DNA of 64,000 bases. Origin: Octopus vulgaris. Lineage: Eukaryota. Under the pieces are notes generated by a model that worked only from the letters and a program-made list of their open reading frames with translations, had not been told where the DNA came from and did no database searches. The translations under genes were made by a program, and so were the position numbers. The stretch spans positions 153,388,001 through 153,452,000 of the forward strand of contig OX597814.1 in NCBI GenBank assembly GCA_951406725.2, written 5' to 3'. Shown here one piece after another: positions 37,828 to 49,190 of this stretch (positions are counted from its first letter, which is position 1; the number at the start of each line of letters is the position of its first letter).

Positions 37828-38055
37828 CCATTACCTCCATCTTTTCTAGTCAGCCAATGTCATGTTTTCCATCAACTTCTTCCTTGCCCATAGCCTAATG
37901 TTTCCCAACAAGCTGCTTTGTGGTTTTTCTAGACCTCTTTTACCAGATGTTTGTCCTTGCACTACTATAATTCCATAGTGTGTTGTATAACCAAACCCCT
38001 TTTAGCAACTGACAGAAAAGTTCTAAGGTCTGCGATCTTCTCAATGTTGTCTCTC
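37828..38055 (-). mobile_element. RTE LINE 3'-end relic
   Basis: Minus-strand translation ...IVVQGQTSGKRGLEKPQSSLLGNIRLWARKKLMENMTLAD*KRWR matches the RTE C-terminal GxxxGKRxxGRP...RxxWR pattern. Confidence 0.6.
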
Positions 38056-38678
38056 TTTTATAAATACCATGAAAGAGTTCCAACTAATCGGTTAAGAAAT
38101 AATGAAAATTTGAAAAATGATTTCAGAGATAAATATTTATGAATGATAATTTGCTATCTTCTTTCGAAAGAGATATCAAATACAGCACATTTTACAGCCA
38201 TAAATAGGCAAAACAAATACTTATATATTTGAAAGTATTGCCAACATTTCATATATTACATATTTATCTAAAGGTATTGTTAATATAAGAGAAGTGTTAC
38301 AATTTGTGTTTGACTTATTATCTTAAAGAGATAAGAATCCATACATGCTTTGACCATCACCAGAAGAATGGGCTAGACAATCATCTGAAGATCAAGCTAA
38401 CAAGGATAAACTTTAGGAAAATAACACAATTATTATCATTGTTTAATGTCTGCTTTCCACGCTGGCATGGGTTGGATAGTTTGACATGGAGCTGGCTAAC
38501 AGGGAGCTGTCCAGATTCCAACTGTCTGTTGTGGCATGGTTTCTACAGCTGGATGCCCTTTCTGATGCCAACCACTTAACAGAGGTGCTTTTTACCTATA
38601 GCTTTATAGGTATAGATAAGCTTTGGATCTGTGATATAGAAAGGTAAAAGCAGTTGAGGCTTCAGAAACATTTACTTG

Positions 38679-39103
38679 ATCATCATCACTTAACGTCCGC
38701 TTTCCATGCCAGCATGGGTTGGACGATTTGACTGAGGTCTGGCGAACCAGACTCCAATCTGATCTGGAAGAGTTTCTACAGCTAGATGCCCTTCCTAATG
38801 CCAACCACTCCGAGAGTGTAGTGGGTGCTTTTACGTGCCACTGGCACGAGGGCCAGTTTGGTGGTACTGGCAATGGCCACACTCAAATGGTGCTTTTTAT
38901 GTGCCACCTGCACAGGAGCCAGTCCAGCAGCACTGGCAACAACCTTGCTCGAATGTTTTTTTCATGTGCCACCAGCACAAGTGCTAGTAAGGCGACATAG
39001 GTAATGATCACGCTTGAATGGTGTGTTTAACGTGCCATTGGCACAAAGGCCAGCTTTTGCTCTGGCAACGATCTCACTTGTATGGTACTCTTAGCGCTCC
39101 ACT
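38679..39103 (-). mobile_element. RTE-tailed SINE-like repeat (family D) with internal direct repeats
   Basis: (GAT)n tail, 'ggttggcattaggaagggcatc' motif and repeated 'tttacgtgccac(t/c)ggcac' sub-units. Homologous to 50459-50810 and to a fragment at 38430-38600. Confidence 0.85.
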
Positions 39104-39112
39104 ATCTATCTA

Positions 39113-39149
<37 letters not shown>

Positions 39150-39153
<4 letters not shown>

Positions 39154-39480
39154 CGGGAAGCTTTATGAAAATAGATAAAAGACGAAGGCAGGTTTACGGA
39201 AATAAACAAAAGACGAAGGCAGGTGGAATACAAACAAACAATTGTATTAGTATGGCGCTCAGGAAATATAAATAAAACAAGTCTTTAACGTTTCGAGCCT
39301 ACGCTCTTCAACAGAAAGATACACAGAGAAAAAAACAGAAAGAAGGAGAGAAAAAAAATATGCGCGCAGAAGCTAGCGAATCAACATGGCGATCTGATTT
39401 CGGCCGGAAGTCAAAGATCAAACATGAGACGCAAGAGCGAAATTAGAGGAGATAATAGGGTTGAATGACCTCACTCAAAC
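39150..39480 (-). mobile_element. Penelope-type terminal unit with a minimal hammerhead motif (subfamily 2)
   Basis: Minus strand 39319-39282 reads tcttt CTGTTGA a GAGC gtag GCTC GAAAC GTT aaaga. The 3' end abuts (TA)n at ~39115-39152. Confidence 0.7.
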
Positions 39481-40078
39481 ATAAGAGTGTGTGTGTGTAT
39501 GAGAAGAGTGTGTGTGTGTGTATGAGAGAGTATTAGTGCGTATGAGAGGTCTGGACGTGTGTATGTATATATGATGTGACGTGTAAAGTCGTATATATAT
39601 ACACAAACACACACACACACACATACATACATACAGACAGACAAATAGATAAACAAAGCATCAAGATGTCAATTCAAATTATCTTTATATTTAGTTAGAA
39701 ACAAATGCTGGAGTTATAACTCTACAGTGGTAGTTCAACAACAATTGATAACAGTAGGTTAGTTTAAATCTGGAAGACAAATCTATTGGTTTGAAATCCT
39801 CTTTTAAGTAAGTTGCTCATGTGTTTATTGAATATCTCTGTATGTTTCAGTAAATACTGAAAATATTTCAGAACAGAAACAAAAAAAGAGACTGAGATTT
39901 AGGTTATTGAGTACGGAAGTTAAAATCATTTCATGATGTCAACTACTGAATGTAAAGAGATCATGCCATTGAAGTTTTACAAGGATTTGATGGTTTTTCA
40001 AATAAAAATGACAGATTATGTTAAACAATATATAGTTTCCTGCTGGTATGTTATTGCAAAGGATGAATGCATATACAT

Positions 40079-40117
<39 letters not shown>

Positions 40118-40235
40118 CACATCACATGTGTACTAACACATACAATATGCACAAAATCCCAATTATACATGCAGATACAACTTTCTCAAATGGAAGTGTA
40201 CCTACAAAAATGCACACCCTTGCACATGCTCAAAG

Positions 40236-40271
<36 letters not shown>

Positions 40272-40718
40272 AAGATAATAGCTTTTTAATTTCTGCTTTA
40301 TGTATGCATGACTGAAATTCAAATAAACTTTTATGAAATCAATATTGAAAAATCAAAGCAATATGAAGGAGAGAGAGAGAAAGAAAGAAAGAAGGAGGCA
40401 AGGAAAGAGGGAGACTGAGACATTTATTCAATGTTATCACAGTAATAGTTCTCCACTTACTCATCTAGATAAATGTAAATAATAAGTTTTAGTTAAAAAA
40501 AGAATTTAAATTATTAAATACTATAGTCAATAGGCATTGATCAATTTTTAATGTCAATCTTTTTGATAGTATATATTTATACATGACCATATGTAATGAT
40601 ATCCATGTAACATATGCCTTCCTTTGTTAAAAACAAGATAGATTCTAACTATAAAATATATGCAAAGTGAATGACTCTGTACACACACCTATTCTAAAGC
40701 AAAAAAAAAAGTGTGATG

Positions 40719-40753
<35 letters not shown>

Positions 40754-41245
40754 CACACAGATCAGTCATTTTGTGTTTTCCCACAATACCATGGGTTAGA
40801 CACAGACACACACGCATACACATATATATAACAGAGGCACTGTTTTACAGATGAATATTTTTTCCTCTCATTAACACCATAATTTTATCAAGCAAGGGAT
40901 CTCTTATCTCACATGTCTTCAAAAGCGTAAAGTGAGCAGATGATTTGTTTACCGAAGTGATAACAACAGAAGCACCATTTGTAGCGAGCAACTTCCATTA
41001 ATTACAAATGTAAATGCACACATACAATGGGCATCTTTCAGTTTCCATTTACCAAGTTTACTAACAAGGCTTTGGTTGCCTATATTTGAAATGGAAGTCA
41101 CTAGCCTAATGTACTGTGCAGTGGGGTTGAACCCAAAACCAAATACTTCAGATAAAAAACTTTTAACCACATAGCCATTCCTGCAGATTATTGTGTTCTC
41201 AATTTAATCAATGCTTTGAGTGTGGAATTTGTTAGATGAAAACTG

Positions 41246-41657
41246 AGAGCTTTTCGGTTTGAGCGGCAGTTTTTTAAAATAATTTCCACGTAACTAAACA
41301 CTTTTAAACTTCGTATACTGGTAGAATGTGCTTATAAAACATCTTTTTCTCTTGGCTTTATTGAGAAAATTCTATAGTTTGTAAGATATTTGTTGCTTTT
41401 TTTCTTCAATTTCTGCAATTTCAACCAATCAATGACGTCCATTTGGGGTGAAAACATTTTGTGCCGGATGAATATGTCCCTTGTTTAAGAAACAGATTGG
41501 GTTTATTTACATTTCTGAAGAAAAAAAGATACCCTTCCCCCACCCCCTAACCCTAAAACAGATTGAAATGCAATAGATCGATACTAGGGTCATAATTATG
41601 GGTGACAACTTCATATGACACTGCTAGAAAAAACTGCCGTTCAAACCGAAAAGATCC
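41246..41657. mobile_element. MITE with 30-bp TIRs and an 8-bp TSD (Merlin-like), inserted in a SINE
   Basis: TIRs agagcttttcggtttgagcggcagtttttt and, reverse-complemented, ggatcttttcggtttgaacggcagtttttt. TSD gaaaactg (41238-41245) / taaaactg (41658-41665). The superfamily call is inferred from the GG terminus and the 8-bp TSD. Confidence 0.8.
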
Positions 41658-44600
41658 TAAAACTGTTCCAAAGCCTGGCACACATGCATCTGTGAGTGTG
41701 TAAAATGGTGCAATTTATGTTAACGTCACTTTATATCTTCTAACTTAGCAGTTCAACAAAGAGAAAAATAAATACTGGGGTAAATTTGGTTGACTATATT
41801 CCTGAAGGAAATGCCCCAGCATGATCATATTTTGACCACAGAGATCCATAAAAGAATGATTTCAAATTTTATGAATAATAAACCAGTTTTTTTGTGTGGA
41901 TTATATAAAGCTTGTATACTAATACTTTATATATATTTGTATGAATATTTAAGGTCCACTTTTCTATGCTTACATGGGTCAGATAGAATTTGTTGAGGCA
42001 GATTTTCTATAGTCAGATGCTCTTCCTGTCACTAAACCCATACCTGTTTCCAAGTAAGGTAATATTTCTCGCTGGCCATATATGCTTTTCATGGAAGACT
42101 AGAAATGAACAACATTGCATGTATGATGGTTACGTTCATTTTATAACCATCACATGATGTCAAGTATACAGGTACACACATACACATACACACACACGCA
42201 ACAGGTTTCTTCAGTTTCCTTCTACCAAATCCATTCATAAAGCTTTGGTTAGCCCAGGGCTATAGTACCAGATACATACCCAATGTGACACAGTCAAGAC
42301 ATGTATATATATATATATATTTATGTGTGCATGCATGTGACAATAAACCAAGGTAGTTTAATTAAAAAAAGTTTAATACATTCTGTTATTAATTCAAAAT
42401 TAGCATTCCTACGTTTAAATTAAATGCATAAGTTTGATGTAACAGAGTGCAATTAAGTGCAAAAATGTTTTTATTCAATCAGCTGATTAATGATACATCA
42501 TTAATGAAGATCAAACAGCTATAATTAGTAGTGTATAGTAGTGCAAAGAGCCAAGTTCTTGTTACTTGGCAATATGCCCCTTCTTGTAAAGCTACTCAAT
42601 TAACTAGGTAATTCAATTATTAAATGATGAAAAAGCTTGACAAAACTTTTTTTCATTCTATCTTAGTATAAACTTTTGTCATAATTAAAAGCTTTATGTT
42701 AATTTATAGAAGATCCTTGAGATTTTTATACTCAATTTAGCTAAGGCTCTTACAACCATTGAGATGGAAACTAAGCAGAATATTAAAGAAAAAGGTATTT
42801 AGCAAGCAGTGTGAAATAGACATTTAGGCAATATATAAGACAAACCAGTAAGGGGAAACTCTATGTAGTTATTCAACAAGTGGCAGCCAAACTGCCCTTA
42901 ATTCACATCCAACCATCTTTAAAATGGGCTCACTAGTTTATGCAGTCTGTCACAAGGCCTAAAGGACTCAAAGCTGGAGCACAACCTGGTTTCCATGGCA
43001 TATCAGTGAGTGAGATTAGAACACTCCCATTAAATAGGATGCCAGTCTGACGTAGGGTTAACTTCCCTAAACAATTGTCACCATTACATAAGTGATATCT
43101 TCATCTATAATCTTCTCTAGAAACATCTGGTCATGAGAAAATATTACTTTATCTGGAAACAGGTAAGAGTTGGTGACAGGAAAGGCATTCAACCATAGAA
43201 AAATCTGTCTTTATAAGTTATGTCAAACCCATTCAAGCGTGGAAATGTGAACATTAAAATGACAATACACACACATATATTTAAAACAGGCAGTGTTCTG
43301 GCAAAACCTAAACTAATAATATTTTTTTCATGATATTTTGCCAAACAACTTTTTTGATACAAATTTTTGGTGCATGGGACCAAAACTATAAAATTCTTCA
43401 TGCATTCTTCTATCACCAAAGCTAAGATAAATATATTTTGCTTTTAAAATAAAAAAAAAAGTTATTTAAATCTAAACTTGTTTGGTGGTGTTACTTAATC
43501 TCCTATAATGTTGCTACAAATTTTGATGCAAACTTTTTCCATCTGAATCAAATCTCAATTTTTTTTAATGCCAAAATGTAGCTAGGGACAAGCCCTCTTC
43601 AAAAAAGGTTAACAGTTTTCAATTTAGTTAAGAACTGAATTAGCGACAAGCTCTGAAAATGCCATGTGTGAGTAAATTGTGGTCTAAAGAACATTATTCA
43701 ATTACTATTGTAGTTGAATGATGTATGTGGGTTTTCAATGAAAAAGTAACTCAATTGAAAAATATTTATTACACTACAATGAAGATAACTGAAAGACAAT
43801 TCTATAAGATTTTAAGTCATTTCGTGATTTCAAGAAATCTATCATTACAAACGAAAAGTCAAGTCTTTGGATAATGCCAAACTATATATTAACACCATAA
43901 CAGTAACTCTTAACAAACTCTGGAGAAAAAGAAATGTAACACATATGCACACACACACCACTTGGTTCCCTACCCCCAGTAGTTTCACTTTTTCTGCAAT
44001 AGCTATTATTAATCATGGTTGGCCAAGTCTTAAAAACCAAATGATGAAACAAAGTGAATAAGCAGCAGCTGCCACCACCATGTGATACAATTCCAACAAC
44101 ATACGAGGTAGTGTAGAATGAAATGTAATGACAAGCACTTCACTGAACTTAGCCACGATTTTTTTAAAACCTCATTATGTGGCTGCTTTGAAGTTTTGAA
44201 GACTACACCCTGAGAACTTCTACCATTGGCATGATAACAACAATGGAGCAAAATCTTTTCCCAAATTTTCTCAAGCTGAACTTTTAAGTAAACAATCTAA
44301 GAAAACAATGTAATTTTAGGTAAACAGATTTGTTCATTTTAATCATAAACTGTAGCCAAGCAAAACTTGTAAATCAGTGTGTTATGAATTAGAACAAATT
44401 GGAAACATTTATTTATAGGGCTTGTTCTCTCATAAGCATGAAAAAAAAAGACAATCATACATTTTTAAAAATACTTTTGAAAAACATGTGTCAAGCTTGT
44501 GCTATTCTCTTTTACTCTGTGATCTCTCAAGTAGTAGTTAAATGTTTCTGTTGAAGTGTTTTGAAATCACGTGAGAGCCCAGTTCTGGTCTTCAACTTCA

Positions 44601-44744
44601 GGAAACACATGGTAAGTGTTCATGGAATTAATTTTATATGTACAGATTCTGTGACATAAGTTGTGTTTATTGCTGCTGTTACACAATTAAAAATAATTAT
44701 GTTAACAGATATTACATAACTGATTTCAAAAGGCATAGACATAT

Positions 44745-45530
44745 ACACATGGAAAACCTGAAAGGATGATGGTTGTAGGAAACATTACCAAATAGCTGAA
44801 AGGGCAGCAAGGCAACAGGTATACTTGGCAGCTAAGCAACAGGTATACAAGGTGAGGCAGGAAAGAAGAGATTTGCAGGTCTCACAATGTGGGGGGATCA
44901 GAAGCATGAGATGTTCAGGATTGTGAAAATGTGAGAGACAAGATGCTATTGGAGAGAAGTTATGTTCAAAATGATAAAGGCATATTCACCATTAAAACAG
45001 AAGACAAAGTTGTGTGGAATGCTATTATGAGAGATTACTGAATCTGAAGAATGCATGGGATACAGACGGGTTACTTGATGCTAGCCCTAGAGATGGATCA
45101 GCAAGACTGACTGCCCATGGGAACTCATATGCTGATGATCTAGTTCTCATAGCTGGAGCCATAGGGGAATTAAAGAGAAATCTCCAGCCTTGGAAGCTAA
45201 TTGAGAGGTCTTAAGGTAAACTAAACAAAAGTGGAGGTTTTAGTAAGTACATAAGAAAGGAGACAAGACCTTGGTATCTTCAGGGAAATGACCTTACTTG
45301 ATATGCAAAAAAGTAGGTATAAACTCCATCTGCTGAACCCAATGTGACCTGTGTACACTCAAAAGATGTAGTGGAATCAGAGGCAGACTAAGAGAGAACA
45401 CAAGCTTCATATGTGACAGATGCACTGGAGCAGTAATACTTGCTATAAGCAGATCAGAAATAGATTCCCTTAAATGCCTGGGTGGCTTACCAAAATTTAC
45501 TGATAGCTTTTGTTAACTAGGAGACACAAT
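44745..45530 (+). mobile_element. Internally deleted RTE-clade LINE ORF2 relic
   Basis: Decayed translation YQIAERAARQQVY...YYERLLNLKNAWD...YADDLVLIA...SFC*LGD. It includes the RT YADD motif and a Cys-rich insert at ~45280-45430. Confidence 0.88.
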
Positions 45531-46254
45531 CTTTTCTACTCTAGGCACATGGCCCGATAAGATTGATCCCAGTACACAACTGGTACTTAATTTATCGACC
45601 CTGAAAGGATGAAAGGCAAAGTCAACCTTGGCAGAATTTGAACTCAGAAAGTAAAGACAAACAAAATACCGCTAAGCATTTCACCCAGCGTACTAACATT
45701 TCTGCCAGTTTTGTTGAACTCAGATGTTATGAGATGAGAGTGCAGATGATACTATGCAAGTTCTCTGAACTTAAAATTAAGTTGTGCACCAGTCATGTCT
45801 TTGTGCTCAACTGATGTGAACTTCTTGATCCCGGAAGCAGATGGTGGAACTTTCATTGTTGGGGTTGAGGCTCTTATGCACATATATAACAATGGTGTAC
45901 TGCTGCTTGTGTAGTTTCTTCACTGCAAAGCTACCCAGGAAATGTAATATAGGTGAGAGTAGTTGCAAGTCTCTGGTTCCACATGTGGCTGCCTTCGATT
46001 ACAGAATCATTTAGCAAAAGTCATGGTCTTCATTCATCACCAATGAACAAAAATGATAGTTAACTACTTTTTGAAGCACTGAGATATTATTACGTGCAGA
46101 TTTGCTCATAAGAACAATCATCCAATCCTGTATATTATACATACACACATTTATGATACATACACATATTATACATATACATATTGTTTACATATGAATA
46201 TATTACACACACACACATGCTCCTGTCTTCAGATTCAACAAGTAAAAATATATA

Positions 46255-46486
46255 TTTCTTTACTACCCACAAGGGGCTAAACATAGAGGGGACAAACAAG
46301 GACAGACAAACGGATTAAGTCGATTACATCGACCCCAGTGCGTAACTGGTACTTAATTTATCGACCCCGAAAGGATGATAGGCAGAGTTGACCTCGGCGG
46401 AATTTGAACTCGGAACGTAACGGCGGACAAATTACTGCTAGGCATTTCGCCTGGCGTGCAAACGATTCTGCCAGCTCGCTGCCTTA
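46255..46486 (-). mobile_element. tRNA-derived SINE, family B (best copy)
   Basis: Minus strand: A-box-like GCTGGCAGAATCG, B-box GAGTTCAAATTCC, central 'gaggtcaactctgcctatcatcctttcggggtcgataaattaagtaccag'. Other copies at ~28435-28650(+), 45532-45710(-), 48510-48725(+), 52965-53155(-), 57070-57300(+). Confidence 0.88.
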
Positions 46487-47658
46487 GCAAGTAAAAATAT
46501 GTGACATGGTTGTGTGGTCAAAGAAGTTCACTTCACAACTTGTGGTTTCATGTTCAATCCTACTGCATGGCACCTTGGGCAAGTATCTTTGGCATTCTTT
46601 CGTTACCTGTGTGCATGTACTTTTATGTTTGTCACACCGTTGCTTGGCAACCAGTGTTTGTTCAATAGAGTAAGTACCGAATTTTAATTAAGCAGCATAG
46701 CCACAGTCCAATGACTGAAACAAGTAAAAATGAATGTGTGTATGTATGTGTGTCTGCGCACACACGACTTTACATTCGTCTTTCCTCCTCTTCTCTCACT
46801 TGCTCAACAATGACGCTAGCTTTAGTTTTATCAAAATAACTTTAGTTCATAAAGTTCTATTGAAATGCACAGAAAAACCAGCAACTGCCAAAGGGAAGTA
46901 ACTTGCACCTACAACTTCAATAGACCACTTGACAACTACTAAAAGTCATTCACTGTTAAGAGCTGTCTTTTACAACATCGAGCTATATTGGAATCTATAA
47001 TTAGAAAAAACAAAAACAAAAAAAAAGCAAACGAAAAAAAAAAACCCCCATGAAACTTGGGTATTTTTACAATGGAAAGACAATGATATCTCATTACTAA
47101 CATCATTCATTCGCCCCCCCCCCCCGCAACTAACTTGAGAATTTAAAGAAAAAAATTTTAAAAAGCAATAAAATAACAAATAGCAGCTAGTGACAGTCAG
47201 TGCAGTTTCATAAAAAGAGTGTACAATTTTGAGACAAACGTTTTTCTATTAATAAACTGTTCTACCATAGACAAGTTTATTATCAGATTTTGCTGGATTT
47301 AAGGAGAATGCAGAAGTAGTTATTGATAAAACTTCATTTGAAAGTGACAACAGCATTCTTCTTATTTTCTGTCAGTATTCAATTCTGAGTTAAAAAAAAT
47401 AAAACCTACATACTATAGGGAAAAACAATTACACACGCAAACTTGTAACAGGAATCTGATGAGGTATATATATTTAGATTTTAGATATACCCCACCATCC
47501 ACCCCCGTCTTAACGCTACCACACCATTTAAAATTTTATCACACAACTGATTAGTAATAAAATTATTCTCAATACTTTACATTGAAATCACAACATTTTT
47601 ACGATGCTGCCAAGTTTGTCGATAAGGGATGTTTTACAACAAACAAGGCATTAGGAAC

Positions 47659-47790
47659 ATAAACTTGCTAACAAACTCAGCGAAATATGCCTTGAATTTG
47701 CTAACACATCCTTTGAAATACTCTATAAATTTGCTTACAAACCCTGTGAAATACTCCATAAATCTGCTAAAACACTCCATGAAATACTAA
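47659..47790. repeat. 33-bp minisatellite, 4 copies
   Basis: Unit approximately ataaatttgctaacaaaccctgtgaaatactcc, repeated in exact 33-nt register. Confidence 0.88.
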
Positions 47791-48009
47791 ACTGTGCAAA
47801 ACTCCATAAATTTAGAAAGAAAGAAAAAGAGAGAGAGAGAGAGTGTGTGTGTAAACAAAATCATGCTATACCAACATTCTGCTTTGTTCTTAAAATTGTT
47901 ACCAAAAGTGAAGTGAAGAGGATATGCTGTTAAAATGTGGGTTAACTACATTTAAGTTTTTACAGATTAGGGCTACAATAACTGAATAAAACTGTCAGAG
48001 AGGGAGCAT

Positions 48010-48200
48010 TTACATGGTTGGTTGATCTATCTGCTATGAACAATAGCCAAATCACCCTAAAATTACACCCTACCATCTTAAAAATCTGGATACTGTAGTC
48101 CTAGACATACTGTCTGGACACAGAAAATGAGATGGGATGGTCAGTGTTGGAACATTTTTGCTCATAAGGTCTATGGAATCACTGCTGACACGAGGCTGAA
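48010..48200 (+). repeat. Old dispersed ~200-bp repeat (family E, SINE-like, with a (CAA)n tail in several copies)
   Basis: Motifs 'aatagcagccaaatc(t/a)ccctcaaatcacacccta...ggataatgtagtcctaga...ggtcatggctggaatgcctttgatcataggt' recur at ~4385, 11850, 15020(-), 22740, 25460(-), 26405(-), 29380, 30720(-), 54545(-) and 56835. Confidence 0.7.
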
Positions 48201-48752
48201 CAATTAGTGCATCAATCTCAATTTGAATCTCTTTTTTAATTCTTTTTCAACAGAATTTCAAGGCAATTAAAGTGTTTTAAAACTGGTTCTGAATAATTTA
48301 GTGATTGTCATTGCTTATTAAACATCTACAATATTCATATTCTGCTTGTTAATATGATAAAACACATGCTGTCATGACAATGGAAATAAAACAAAGAAAC
48401 AATCTATCATATATTATTATGTTTTATGTAAAACAACTACCTGATATACAATGGAATGAAATGAAGGACATTATTAAAAGCACCACAACAGTTATATTAT
48501 TCATAAAACAAGGAAGGTGGTGAACTGGTAGAATCGTTAGAATGCCAGGTGAAATGCTTAGTGGTATTTCGCCTGTCTTTATGTTCTGAGTTCAAATGCT
48601 GCCGGGGTCAACTTTTCCTTTCATCCTTTTGATGTTGATAAATTAAGTACCAGTGTGTACTGGGGTGGATCTAATTGACTGTCACCCTCCCACCAAATTT
48701 CAGACCTATAGTAGAAAGGATTATTCATAAAACAAGTAACTGATAAATATTT

Positions 48753-48929
48753 TGACCTCGTGTGTACCGTTGGCGATTTTTTTTCCTGTCTTCCCTTCTC
48801 CTATGTTTCCGATGAAGAGCTCCACTCGAAACGTTAAACCCTCCTTCTTCCCTTAGCGTCCAATAATACTATATTTGTTCCACGTCCTCGCGTTGTTGTG
48901 TTTTTTTGTGTTTTCTTGTTTGGATTAAC

Positions 48930-48966
<37 letters not shown>

Positions 48967-49155
48967 ATTGCGTGTGTATTGTTGGCGATTTTCTTTCTCC
49001 GTCTTCCCTTCTTTGGACTTTTTTTATATTTCTGATGAAGAGCTCCGCTCGAAATGTGAAATCCCCTTTTTTTTTCCTTTCCTGAGCGTCCAATAATACT
49101 GTACTTATTCCATGCCCTCGCGTTGTTTTTTCTTGCTTGTTTATGTTTGGATTGA

Positions 49156-49156
<1 letters not shown>
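48753..49156 (+). mobile_element. Two tandem Penelope-type/retrozyme-like units, each with a minimal hammerhead motif
   Basis: Units at ~48753-48930 and ~48964-49156 are separated by (TA)n. The hammerhead motifs are at 48805-48839 and 49028-49062. Confidence 0.75.
49028..49062 (+). ncRNA. Minimal type I hammerhead ribozyme motif (core intact, cleavage triplet mutated to GUG)
   Basis: attt CTGATGA a GAGC tcc GCTC GAAA tgtg aaat. Confidence 0.6.
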
Positions 49157-49186
<30 letters not shown>

Positions 49187-49190
49187 CATA

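Noticed and set aside
41545-41556. Two CCCTAA telomeric hexamers
   Set aside because: Only two units, internal to a MITE; not an interstitial telomere.
44531-44616. Plus-strand segment ending ATG|GTAAGT
   Set aside because: An isolated donor with no supporting ORF or partner exons.
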